Shown: in pieces, positions 18,968 through 28,060 of the stretch | Position numbering within the stretch: the stretch's first letter is position 1 | How the letters are laid out: every line of letters starts with the position of its first letter | NCBI GenBank assembly: GCA_015233195.1 | Contig: JADFYE010000009.1 | Coordinates: 8,026 to 72,025 of the forward strand | Direction: 5' to 3' | DNA length: 64,000 bases | Source of the DNA: Candidatus Omnitrophota bacterium | Lineage (GTDB): Bacteria > Omnitrophota > Gorgyraeia > Zapsychrales > Zapsychraceae | Position numbers and translations under genes: made by a program | The notes under the pieces: generated by a model | Database searches by the model: none | What the model saw: only the letters and a program-made list of their open reading frames with translations | Told to the model about the DNA's origin: nothing

Positions 18968-19816
18968 ATGTTATTAAATAAATTTACATATCATTCACCA
19001 AAAGAAATTTCTGAAGCTATTGAATTGCTGGACGATAAGCCTAACAGCAAAATATTAGCCGGAGGGACGATTCTAATCGCCAATCTTAAATTATTTAAAC
19101 AGCGAAACATGCCAACCCCTGAACATATTATAAGTTTACGTAAAATACCGGAATTAAAAGGGATTAACATCGATACTGACTCAATCACTATTGGCGCGAT
19201 GACTACTATAAATGAATTACAACAAAATACACACGTCAAAAAAAATCTAAGCATTATAAAAACCTGCTGTGAAAATTTAGCCACTACACCGATTCGTAAC
19301 ATGGCAACTATCGGCGGAAATTTAACCTGCCGTTACACCTGGACTGAATTAAGTTCAGTAATGGTAGCGCTAGACGCCCAATTTATTTTCAGGTCCGAAT
19401 CAGGAATAAAAACTATTTCTGCTGAAAATTACTTTTTTGATCAAGCTAAACAAGAAGGAATACTGACCCATATAAAATTAAAACTAAATGCTGACCGCAT
19501 CAGCGCCTTTAAACGAATTGGCAAGCGCGCTATCGTTGATAAACCCATGCTTTCAATAAGCGTATCAGCTATCGCGCAAAATAAAAAAATAAATGACAGC
19601 CGAATAGTTATAAACAACGGTTATAGTTTCGCAATTAGAGATAAAAAAGCCGAGAATTTCTTAAACGGGAAAAATTTAAATATTTCTTTAGTAAAGGACA
19701 TACTACAACACATCGACACCGAAATATTTGACAGCCGCAGCGACGACTATAAAAAACACATGTCTCGCATGGCTTTGACCGACACAATTGAACAATTGGT
19801 GCAACAATGCAAATAA
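18968..19816 (+). CDS. molybdopterin dehydrogenase FAD-binding subunit (CoxM/XdhB-like)
   Basis: 'LAGGTILIANLK' and 'ATIGGNL' FAD-binding-5 patterns. Precedes the 2Fe-2S and Moco subunits. Confidence 0.85.
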   Translation: MLLNKFTYHSPKEISEAIELLDDKPNSKILAGGTILIANLKLFKQRNMPTPEHIISLRKIPELKGINIDTDSITIGAMTTINELQQNTHVKKNLSIIKTCCENLATTPIRNMATIGGNLTCRYTWTELSSVMVALDAQFIFRSESGIKTISAENYFFDQAKQEGILTHIKLKLNADRISAFKRIGKRAIVDKPMLSISVSAIAQNKKINDSRIVINNGYSFAIRDKKAENFLNGKNLNISLVKDILQHIDTEIFDSRSDDYKKHMSRMALTDTIEQLVQQCK

Positions 19817-20280
19817 CATTTACCTTAAACAAAAAATCGCATACCCTGCAATTGCATGGTCATGAAACCTTATTAGAAGTAATCCGCAATATTATTGGTA
19901 GTACTGGAACAAAAGAAGCTTGTGGGGAAGGTGAGTGCGGCGCTTGCACAGTTTTTATAGACGGTAAAACCATTTTATCCTGTTTGACTTTGGCTTGTGA
20001 TTGTGCAGACTGCAACATTACTACTATCGAAGGTTTATCCGAAGGTGATAATTTACACCCGATCCAAGAAGCTTTTCTGGAACAAGGCGCAGTACAATGC
20101 GGATTCTGTATGTCAGGCATGATACTTGCTGCAAAAAATATTTTAGATAAAAATTTATCTCCTGATATTGATGAAATTAAAAAAGGGTTAGACGGAAATT
20201 TATGCCGCTGCGCAGGATATCCAAAAATATTTGAAGCCGTGAAGGCAGCAGGGATAAATTTAAAAAATAAAAAGCAATAG
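19807..20280 (+). CDS. (2Fe-2S)-binding small subunit (CoxS-like)
   Basis: 'CGEGECGAC' and 'QCGFCMSGM...CRCAGY' iron-sulfur cluster motifs. Confidence 0.92.
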   Translation: MQITFTLNKKSHTLQLHGHETLLEVIRNIIGSTGTKEACGEGECGACTVFIDGKTILSCLTLACDCADCNITTIEGLSEGDNLHPIQEAFLEQGAVQCGFCMSGMILAAKNILDKNLSPDIDEIKKGLDGNLCRCAGYPKIFEAVKAAGINLKNKKQ

Positions 20281-20313
20281 TGTAGGGGCAATATTTCGTT
20301 CCCGATTTAAAAT

Positions 20314-22647
20314 ATGCGCATTCAATCATTTGACAAAAATTTTGTAAATCCAGTTGGCAAAAGCGTTCCGCGTATTGACGGAAAAGGCTTAGTAACTGGT
20401 CAAACCAAATTTACACAAGACGTAAATTTGCCAGGTATGCTGGTTGGTAAAATGATCCGCAGTCCGCATCCACACGCACGAATAATTAACATTGATACTT
20501 CCAAAGCAGAAAATTTACCTGGAGTTAAAGCAGTTATTACTGCAAAAGATACGGGTGAAATAAAATTTGGGTCTAATGAATTTTTCTTCCCGCATCTAGT
20601 AGATCAAATGCCTTTAGAATCACAAAAAGTACGATACATAGGCGATGAAATAGGAGCAATAGCTGCTGTAGACGAAGAAACTGCTGAACAAGCATTAAAA
20701 TTGATAGAAGTTCAATATGAAATTTTACCCGGAGTTTTTGATGCTCTGGAAGCCATGAAACCCGGAGCTCCCCAGATACACGAGAATGTGCGAAATAATA
20801 TTAATGTTATACTACCAGTTAATATCGGCAATCCTGAACGCATGTTTAAAGAAGCTGATTATGTCCGAGACGACGTATTTTACTGTCCATCAGCCGCGCA
20901 TACTTGCATGGAAACCCACACTTGCATCGGACAATATGAAACATTTTCAAACAAGATAACTTTATGGATATCCCACCAGGCTCCGTTTAAAGTACGAGAA
21001 GCTATTGCTAAATGTTTTAAAATGGATTTAAACGATATACGCGTAGTGAAGCTAGCTACTGGGGGAGGCTTCGGTGGAAAATTGGAAATGCTGCCAATGG
21101 ATTTTGCGGCTTGTGTTTTATCAAAAAAAGCCGGCGGCTTACCAGTTAAAATCATGTATACCCGTGAAGAAGAATTCACTTGTTCACGACGTAAACACAA
21201 CATGATTTACAAACTCAAAAGCGGTGTAAAAAAAGATGGAACTTTACTCTGCATGACCGGAGAAGTAATTGCCGACGGAGGCGCATATTGTTCTTATGGT
21301 CCAACTTTATTAGCTTCAACTATCATGCGTATTTTTATGACTTATCAAATCAAACATTTAAAAATTACCGGATACCGGGTTTATACAAATACCCCTATCA
21401 GCGGCGCAATTCGAGGCTTCGGAGGAGTGCAGTCAGGATTTGCAGTTGAATCTCACATGGATCTATTAGCTAAAGGCATTGGCATGGATCCAGTTGAATT
21501 CCGTCTCAAAAATATAACTACGCCGAATATGGTCGCTGCTAATAAAATGAAAATATCGTCCAATGGTCTTAAAGAATGCATTGAATCCGCCGCTTTAGCG
21601 GCGGACTGGAAAAATAAACGCGGGAAGCAAAGTCACATAAGACGTGGAATCGGTATGGGAATAGCAGGAGACGTAATGGGTTCTAAAATGTATAAATCCC
21701 ATGAATCTTCAGGCGGAATCGTAAAAGTGGAAGAGGACTGTTCAATATATTTTTTCACTGGAGCATCTGATACCGGACAAGGGTCGAATACCGCATTATC
21801 CCAAATTGTCGCCCAAGAATTAGGTGTAAGTTACAGCCGGATAAAATGTATAGCAGCTGATACCGCGATTACACCATTTGATACCGGAAGCTTTGCCAGC
21901 CGGGTGACTTTCATAGCAGGTAATGGCGCTTTACGCGCAGCCCACGACGCAAAAGAACAAATTCTTAAAATTGTTGCTAAAGATACTCAAATCGATATTA
22001 ACGATCTTGATATTAAGGCAGAAGAAGTTATTCAGCTAAGTACAAAAAAAAATATAATGTCATTTGAAAATGCTATAAAACTTTGCTATTCATTTAACTA
22101 TGGCGATCAAATTATAGGAAGAGGAAGTTACAATCCTCCGACAACTCCAGTAGATTTTCGTACCGGCGAAGGACACGTATCTGCAAGCTATAGTTTTGAA
22201 GCGCAAATCGCAGAAGTTGAAGTTAATATAAAAAGTGGTACAATAAATATTCTCAAACTTTGGGATGCACATGATGTAGGAAAAGCAATTAACCCTAGCT
22301 CAGTTGAAAGCCAAATTGAAGGCTCTTTAGCAATGGGTTTAGGTTATGTGTTTAATGAAAATTTAAAATTTGAAAACGGTCGCTGTGTTAATGCCAATTT
22401 CGACGGGTACCGTATACCAAGATCTGTAGATATTCCTCCGATCAAAACTATTTTGATCGAGACCATAGATCCGCAAGGACCATTTGGAGCAAAAGGCATG
22501 GGCGAAGCTGCTTTACTACCAACTGCAGCCGCAATTGCTAATGCAATCGAGGACGCAGTGGGAATAAGACTAAAAGAATTACCATTTACACCAGATAAAG
22601 TATTAAAAGCACTTAAAGAAAAAGAACGGGGAGAGGCAAACCTATGA
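20314..22647 (+). CDS. xanthine dehydrogenase/aldehyde oxidoreductase family molybdopterin-binding large subunit
   Basis: 'VGKSVPRIDGKGLVTGQTKF' N-terminus, 'GGGFGGK', 'AIRGFGGVQ', C-terminal 'GAKGMGEA'. 777 aa. Confidence 0.9.
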   Translation: MRIQSFDKNFVNPVGKSVPRIDGKGLVTGQTKFTQDVNLPGMLVGKMIRSPHPHARIINIDTSKAENLPGVKAVITAKDTGEIKFGSNEFFFPHLVDQMPLESQKVRYIGDEIGAIAAVDEETAEQALKLIEVQYEILPGVFDALEAMKPGAPQIHENVRNNINVILPVNIGNPERMFKEADYVRDDVFYCPSAAHTCMETHTCIGQYETFSNKITLWISHQAPFKVREAIAKCFKMDLNDIRVVKLATGGGFGGKLEMLPMDFAACVLSKKAGGLPVKIMYTREEEFTCSRRKHNMIYKLKSGVKKDGTLLCMTGEVIADGGAYCSYGPTLLASTIMRIFMTYQIKHLKITGYRVYTNTPISGAIRGFGGVQSGFAVESHMDLLAKGIGMDPVEFRLKNITTPNMVAANKMKISSNGLKECIESAALAADWKNKRGKQSHIRRGIGMGIAGDVMGSKMYKSHESSGGIVKVEEDCSIYFFTGASDTGQGSNTALSQIVAQELGVSYSRIKCIAADTAITPFDTGSFASRVTFIAGNGALRAAHDAKEQILKIVAKDTQIDINDLDIKAEEVIQLSTKKNIMSFENAIKLCYSFNYGDQIIGRGSYNPPTTPVDFRTGEGHVSASYSFEAQIAEVEVNIKSGTINILKLWDAHDVGKAINPSSVESQIEGSLAMGLGYVFNENLKFENGRCVNANFDGYRIPRSVDIPPIKTILIETIDPQGPFGAKGMGEAALLPTAAAIANAIEDAVGIRLKELPFTPDKVLKALKEKERGEANL

Positions 22648-22994
22648 AAAAATTTTTATTATTACTATCAGTTTTAGTTTTAACCGGCTGCAGTCTTTAT
22701 CGAGTAACTTCAGAAGATACAACCACAAATTTTTACCCGGCTAAAAAAAGCGTTTCAGACGTAACTTATTTATCCTCAGTTGACCGTCCGCATGAAATTA
22801 TCGGTACTGTGCAAGTAAACGCGGAACGCAGACAAAAATTAGATGAAGTCATTGAAAGAATGAAATACGAAGCTTCAGTATTAGGCGGAGACGCGATCAC
22901 TGATGTTAAAGTAACGTCGCCGTACAAATGGAATCCAAACGGTTATATCCGGGCTAACTTTACAGCCAGCGTGGTTGTATTTAAAGATAAATAA
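22644..22994 (+). CDS. small lipoprotein
   Basis: Lipobox 'VLTGC'. 116 aa. Start overlaps upstream stop. Confidence 0.65.
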   Translation: MKKFLLLLSVLVLTGCSLYRVTSEDTTTNFYPAKKSVSDVTYLSSVDRPHEIIGTVQVNAERRQKLDEVIERMKYEASVLGGDAITDVKVTSPYKWNPNGYIRANFTASVVVFKDK

Positions 22995-22996
22995 AA

Positions 22997-23578
22997 TCAA
23001 CGCATTAAATTTTTTAATTCATCCTGGGTGTTAAAACTATTTATAACACCCTGATCATCCACATCTAATATTTTTATTTCCGCAGCATGCGCCCATGCTA
23101 CAGTATTGAGTCCTTCTTTAATATTTAACCGCTCAAAATCATTTTTAAGCGATATATCAAAAATAGGGGGATGACCCTTCTTGCCATTAAAAACCGGAAT
23201 CAAAATCTGAGGATGTTCCGACTTGAATACATCCATTAAATTTATTATAGTTTGCTTTTTAATAACCGGATAATCTACTGGAAATAACATGATCCCTGAA
23301 GATTTTTGTGAGATCGTCGATAAACCGGCTTTAAACGATGACGTCTGTCCAAATTTATAATCTTTATTATAGACAAGTTTTATTCTTTTATGGTTAAATA
23401 CATAAGGCTTAATTTCACTATAAAAAGCACCCAAAACAACAATGATCTCATCAACTCCAGCATCCAGTAAAAGTTGTTGTTGTAATATGATGAGGTGCTC
23501 ATTATTAAATTTTACCAATGGCTTAGGCGAACCAAAACGACTACTTAAACCAGCAGCTAATAAAATTGTAGATATCAT
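22997..23578 (-). CDS. molybdenum cofactor nucleotidyltransferase (MocA/MobA-like)
   Basis: 'ILLAAGLSSRFGSPKPL' NTP_transf_3 N-terminus. Context next to the CoxMSL-type enzyme. Confidence 0.8.
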   Translation of the reverse strand: MISTILLAAGLSSRFGSPKPLVKFNNEHLIILQQQLLLDAGVDEIIVVLGAFYSEIKPYVFNHKRIKLVYNKDYKFGQTSSFKAGLSTISQKSSGIMLFPVDYPVIKKQTIINLMDVFKSEHPQILIPVFNGKKGHPPIFDISLKNDFERLNIKEGLNTVAWAHAAEIKILDVDDQGVINSFNTQDELKNLMR

Positions 23579-23646
23579 AAATCGAGTATATAGTCCTAAA
23601 TGGGATTTGGCAAATATTTCAACCTAGATTTTTCAAAGGAGCAACT

Positions 23647-24276
23647 GTGATAACCATAATTTCCATATTTGCGATTTTAGCTCTGGCGAGTATCGGGTAT
23701 GTAATCTGGATAATCAGCATTGAAGGCAATCGATCTAAAAACCAAACTCCAGTAACACTAACAGCGGACCCAACTCCTGATCTGACTAGCGATGCTTTCC
23801 TTAAAAAATTCGAATTAGAGGATAATAAGCCCCAAAAAATAGAAGTTTCGCCGGTTCCAAAGTTAACGCCAACTGATCAAACTAAATTGAGTAAAGAAGA
23901 AGAAACATTAATCAATGAAGAAATTCACGCCACAGCTGACCTGCATGAATTAAAAGAAAAATATAACCGGCTTGAACGTTTGTTCCAAGAAAAAAGCAAT
24001 GAATTAGAAAGAGTGCAACATGAGCTTAACGCTGAACAAAGAACCAAAAAAGAATTCAATAAAGTTAAGGATATACTCGAGAAAGAAATCAAAGATATAA
24101 AAGATACCGCGAAAGAATATAAAACAGAGTTAATCGCAGTACAAAAAGAAAACGAATTACGTAAAAACCAAATATTAGCTCTTGAAGCAAAAATCGCACA
24201 AATGTCTTCTTTACATACCGAAGAAAAGATCACCCTAAAACCTTTAAACAACAATCCCGCCGAAACTAACGCATAA
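23647..24276 (+). CDS. membrane-anchored coiled-coil protein
   Basis: N-terminal TM, then an E/K-rich heptad-like region. GTG start. Confidence 0.55.
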   Translation: MITIISIFAILALASIGYVIWIISIEGNRSKNQTPVTLTADPTPDLTSDAFLKKFELEDNKPQKIEVSPVPKLTPTDQTKLSKEEETLINEEIHATADLHELKEKYNRLERLFQEKSNELERVQHELNAEQRTKKEFNKVKDILEKEIKDIKDTAKEYKTELIAVQKENELRKNQILALEAKIAQMSSLHTEEKITLKPLNNNPAETNA

Positions 24277-24297
24277 TTTATAGAAAGGTTCTACTTC

Positions 24298-24861
24298 ATG
24301 TTTAAAAAATTATTAATATTATTAACCTTAAATTTACTAACTTTAAATCTTTCATCAATTTTATCAGCCCAAGAAAGTGAAAAGAAAATGGCTAACCCTG
24401 TTATCGTATTTGAAACTACCCAAGGAAACATTGAAATTAAATTATTTCCAGACGTCGCTCCTAAAGCCTGCGAAAACATAGTAGGATTAATAAATAAAAA
24501 TTATTACAACGGCATAATATTCCACCGTATCATTAAAGATTTCATGATCCAAGGTGGAGACCCAACTGGAACTGGGGCAGGTGGTGAAAGTCTTTGGGGT
24601 AAAGATTTTGAAGATGAATTCAGCTCAACTGTACAATTTGATCGTCCAGGTATATTAGCTATGGCTAATCGCGGACCCAAAACCAACGGAAGCCAATTTT
24701 TTATCACCACAGCAGCAACTCCTTGGTTAAATATGCACCACACAATTTTTGGTGAAGTAATAAATGGTATGGATGTTGTAAAAAAATTAGAAAATGTCGA
24801 AACCGACGGTGACGACAAGCCAGTTCAAGAACAAAAAATAATTAAAGCATATGTAAAATAA
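24298..24861 (+). CDS. secreted cyclophilin-type peptidyl-prolyl isomerase
   Basis: Signal peptide. 'FHRIIKDFMIQGGDP' and 'NGSQFFIT' cyclophilin signatures. Confidence 0.92.
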   Translation: MFKKLLILLTLNLLTLNLSSILSAQESEKKMANPVIVFETTQGNIEIKLFPDVAPKACENIVGLINKNYYNGIIFHRIIKDFMIQGGDPTGTGAGGESLWGKDFEDEFSSTVQFDRPGILAMANRGPKTNGSQFFITTAATPWLNMHHTIFGEVINGMDVVKKLENVETDGDDKPVQEQKIIKAYVK

Positions 24862-24862
24862 A

Positions 24863-25657
24863 ATGGATACAAAAGTATTAGATAAAATTATCGAACTTTC
24901 TAAAAAAAACTGTGCTTACGCAATAGCTACTGTCGTGTCTGCTACAAAAGGTACACCCGGCAAGACCGGTGCAAAAATGATCGTACAATCCGATGGCGCC
25001 TCTATTGGAACAGTCGGAGGGGGGATGGTCGAGAAAAAAGTCCAATCCGAAAGTTTAAACAGTATTAAAACCGGAATGCCAGACCTGAAAACCTATACCA
25101 TGAAAGGCAAAGGCTGGCCAATATGCGGCGGTGAAGTTTCAATCTTTATTGAACCGTATCTGGGTCCCAAAAAACTTATTATATGCGGTGCAGGACATAT
25201 CGCGTTACCTTTATCTTTAATTGCTAAAATTCTACAATTTGAAATCACAATTATAGACGAACGCAAAGCTTTTGCTAATAAAAACCGTTTCCCGCATGTA
25301 GATAAGATTTTTTGCAAACACCCTGAATATTTAGCAAAAATTAATATAGATGCCAACACCCATATAGTTATAATAACTCACAACCATATCAATGATTTTG
25401 CGTGCTTAAAAAATGTCATAAAATCAGATGCTGGTTATATAGGTGTAATATCAAGCCAGAAAAAAAGATTATTATTTCTAAAAAATCTAAAAAAAATAGG
25501 TGTAACTAAAGCACAACTTGAAAAATTAAACATTCCGGTAGGCATTGACATCGGTGCCCAAACTCCCGAAGAAATCGCGGTATCCATTATGGCAGAAATA
25601 ATTACGATAAATAATAAGAATAAAATCGGCACAGAAAAATTTAAAATTAAGCGGTAA
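24863..25657 (+). CDS. XdhC/CoxI family molybdoenzyme maturation protein
   Basis: XdhC N-domain followed by a Rossmann-like 'LIICGAGHIA' domain. Context with the Mo enzyme. Confidence 0.8.
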   Translation: MDTKVLDKIIELSKKNCAYAIATVVSATKGTPGKTGAKMIVQSDGASIGTVGGGMVEKKVQSESLNSIKTGMPDLKTYTMKGKGWPICGGEVSIFIEPYLGPKKLIICGAGHIALPLSLIAKILQFEITIIDERKAFANKNRFPHVDKIFCKHPEYLAKINIDANTHIVIITHNHINDFACLKNVIKSDAGYIGVISSQKKRLLFLKNLKKIGVTKAQLEKLNIPVGIDIGAQTPEEIAVSIMAEIITINNKNKIGTEKFKIKR

Positions 25658-25670
25658 AAGGAGATTTATC

Positions 25671-26081
25671 ATGACCAAAGATGAAGTGTTTGACATTATC
25701 AGCGACGCAGGTTATGCGATTTTAGGCACAGTTGAGGGAGATCAGCCCAAAGTTCGTCCAATGGCACCATATTTGCACGAGAATCAATTATTAACTGCGC
25801 TAGTGCCAAACGCGCGCACCATCAGCCAAATTAAAAAAAATCCTAACGTGGAAGCTTGTTTTGTTGACCGAAAAATGTGTTTTTGCCGGGTATCAGGCAA
25901 AGGAAAAATATCCAACGACCTTAATAAAAAACAAATTCTTTGGGATAATGTACCAAATTTACGCCAATATTTTTCTGAGCCAGCAGACCCAAATTTTACC
26001 TTATTAGAAATTGATATCACAAACGTGGAAGCCATGAACCCATATCAAACCGAGCCTGAAAAAATTAAATTATTTAATTAA
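25671..26081 (+). CDS. pyridoxamine 5'-phosphate oxidase-like FMN-binding family protein
   Basis: Size and 'LGTV..DQPKVRPM' pattern typical of the split-barrel family. Confidence 0.6.
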   Translation: MTKDEVFDIISDAGYAILGTVEGDQPKVRPMAPYLHENQLLTALVPNARTISQIKKNPNVEACFVDRKMCFCRVSGKGKISNDLNKKQILWDNVPNLRQYFSEPADPNFTLLEIDITNVEAMNPYQTEPEKIKLFN

Positions 26082-27235
26082 TGAACTTTACTCAAAAATT
26101 TATCTGTTGGTTATGCCTGAGTTTTGTGATCTTAACTGGAATAATATTTTTCTTCTCAGAAATCCACACCGCATCACAAAAAAAATTCTGGACTGACGAA
26201 ACTGTAGGCATCAATAATGCCATCACCCCAAAATCTTATTCTCAATTAATCATAAATGGTCCGCCAGGCGAAGCCAGCCCATCGCCATTATATTATGTCA
26301 TTCTTAGATTTTTAGACCATCACAAAAACCAAACAAATATACCTAAACTGATCTATTTCAGACTTCCTGGGATATTGATAACTTTAGCAGTAGCTTGGTT
26401 AATTTGCATAATTTTATGGCAAGAAATCAGAAAAAATAATATTGATATATCGACCAAGATAATTCAATACATATTATTAATGGCAATACCATTTAGATTT
26501 TTATTTGAAGAAGACGTTTATTATTACGCAATGGAATCCCGGGTATACGCGCTCTGGAATTCATTATGGTTTCTCTGTCTATTTTTCACCTTTAATGATC
26601 GTTACACAAAATACCTTATTGCCACGCTAATAATTTTAGCTTTTACAGCTACCGGTATATCTTTTCAGATCGTAGCTTTAATATTTGCTTATATTATAAT
26701 AAAAATTATGGAAGGGGAGACCTTAAAAAACATCTCCCTAAACAGCATAAAAATATTTTTTATCCCTTTATGCATCATATTCTATTACGGAATTAAAGTT
26801 CCTTCTTTTAACTACACTGAAGAAATGTGGGGAACCTGGCAAGTTTTTTTTAGCTTTTGGCAAGAAAATAGCAGAAAATTCTATTTTATAATCTTTACCG
26901 CGATACTATGCTTAATTAAAAAAGAAACTAGAAAATTCTGCATAATTCCGCTAACCATGATCATTTTGTTATTATTAGGACCAGTAATCTATCATATAAC
27001 TAGGGCAAAAGGCTGTTTTATGACCAACAGACAATATATTTATTATCACTTAGCCAAAGTTCTAGGAATATTAACATTTATTAAACTAATACCATATTAT
27101 GTGAAACAAAAGACCCCTAAACTTTCTATAATATATTCAATTATATTTATCAGCATAGGACTAGGGTTCACAATAAACAACAAAGCAATCTTAGCATTCG
27201 CAGAGGGAATAAAGAACGCATTCTTGCCAGGTTAA
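26081..27235 (+). CDS. polytopic membrane protein of unknown function
   Basis: About 10 hydrophobic segments. Start overlaps upstream stop (TAATG). Confidence 0.6.
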   Translation: MNFTQKFICWLCLSFVILTGIIFFFSEIHTASQKKFWTDETVGINNAITPKSYSQLIINGPPGEASPSPLYYVILRFLDHHKNQTNIPKLIYFRLPGILITLAVAWLICIILWQEIRKNNIDISTKIIQYILLMAIPFRFLFEEDVYYYAMESRVYALWNSLWFLCLFFTFNDRYTKYLIATLIILAFTATGISFQIVALIFAYIIIKIMEGETLKNISLNSIKIFFIPLCIIFYYGIKVPSFNYTEEMWGTWQVFFSFWQENSRKFYFIIFTAILCLIKKETRKFCIIPLTMIILLLLGPVIYHITRAKGCFMTNRQYIYYHLAKVLGILTFIKLIPYYVKQKTPKLSIIYSIIFISIGLGFTINNKAILAFAEGIKNAFLPG

Positions 27236-27365
27236 AAGCCAAAACCCAACAATGGAGCAAAATCACCCACAAACCGCACATTCAAGTTAACATAATATGT
27301 ATTATAGGAAGTTGGATAAATAGCCTCTGCATGCCTAAGGACGCGCATTTACCATTGAAACCGCC

Positions 27366-27833
27366 TTACTGTGCCAGCTCATTATTATTGTTGCGATAAT
27401 TCAAAATATTAGAACTAACCATCTTTTCCAAGGAATTGGAATTACCGGCAGGTAAATTTGCAGCTACCACATCTCTTTTCACAGCGACGGATTTATAAGA
27501 AACACGCGAAGGCTTAACCGCAAGATCTTTGCGGCGCACACCTACCTGAACATCGCCAATGCGAATACGTATAATCTTACCATTAACCAAAGCATCAGCC
27601 ACAATTTTACGGGCATTTCTTAAAATTCTGCCAAAACTTGGTCTGGAAATACCCATGGCTTTTGCGCCTTCATCCTGGTGATATCCTTGGAAATCAGCCA
27701 ATTTGAAAGCTTCGTATTCATCAACTTTTAATTCAACCTCGTCAGGCCGACCAGCTTTGCCGCGCGGGCTAAATTGCACAACTTTGGGCATGCGCTGAAT
27801 ATATCTGACTTTTTTTTGACGACCGCGTTTCAT
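27366..27833 (-). CDS. DUF134 (UPF0251) family putative DNA-binding protein
   Basis: 'MKRGRQKKVRYIQ..P..F.P.G' and 'EYEAFKLADFQGYHQDEGAKAMGISRPSFGRILRNARKIVADALVNGK' match the DUF134 pattern. Start placed at the internal ATG (27833), preceded by AAGGGGGG. The track ORF extends to 27896. Confidence 0.75.
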   Translation of the reverse strand: MKRGRQKKVRYIQRMPKVVQFSPRGKAGRPDEVELKVDEYEAFKLADFQGYHQDEGAKAMGISRPSFGRILRNARKIVADALVNGKIIRIRIGDVQVGVRRKDLAVKPSRVSYKSVAVKRDVVAANLPAGNSNSLEKMVSSNILNYRNNNNELAQ

Positions 27834-27871
27834 TTTTATTAAAGCCCCCCTTAAAAACCTTGATATTATTT

Positions 27872-27919
27872 TGAGCAAATGCTCATAAGAACCCAAACCT
27901 TATTTTGAGCATATGCTTA
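27872..27919 (-). promoter_or_regulatory. two related palindromic boxes (TGAGCAaaTGCTCA, TGAGCAtaTGCTtA) upstream of the DUF134 gene
   Basis: 27872-27885 and 27906-27919, each inside a ~25-bp direct repeat (TTATTTTGAGCAwATGCTyAT). The distal box abuts a minus-strand TATAAT (27919-27924). Confidence 0.35.
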
Positions 27920-27997
27920 TTATAAATCACATATTACAAATATAAAATCAAAAAATATAAAATTATTTGGTAAGTTTTTTCTGTAGGCATCGACGAT

Positions 27998-28036
27998 AAA
28001 TTATAAAAATAAAGAGGGATGTCTCAGCATCCCTCT
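27998..28036 (-). terminator. intrinsic terminator after paralog 1
   Basis: Minus strand has stem AGAGGGAUG / CAUCCCUCU (28013-28021 / 28028-28036) followed by UUAUUUUUAUAAUUU. Confidence 0.65.
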
Positions 28037-28060
28037 CATCCCTCCCGAATCTTCCAGTAT

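Noticed and set aside
19860-20291. 143-aa - strand ORF
   Set aside because: It is antisense to the 2Fe-2S subunit gene, whose cluster motifs are unambiguous.
27834-27896. Longer start for the DUF134 gene (MGSYEHLL...)
   Set aside because: The DUF134 family pattern begins at 'MKRGRQKK'. An AAGGGGGG SD precedes that ATG, and the extension would cover one of the palindromic boxes. It is kept as an alternative.
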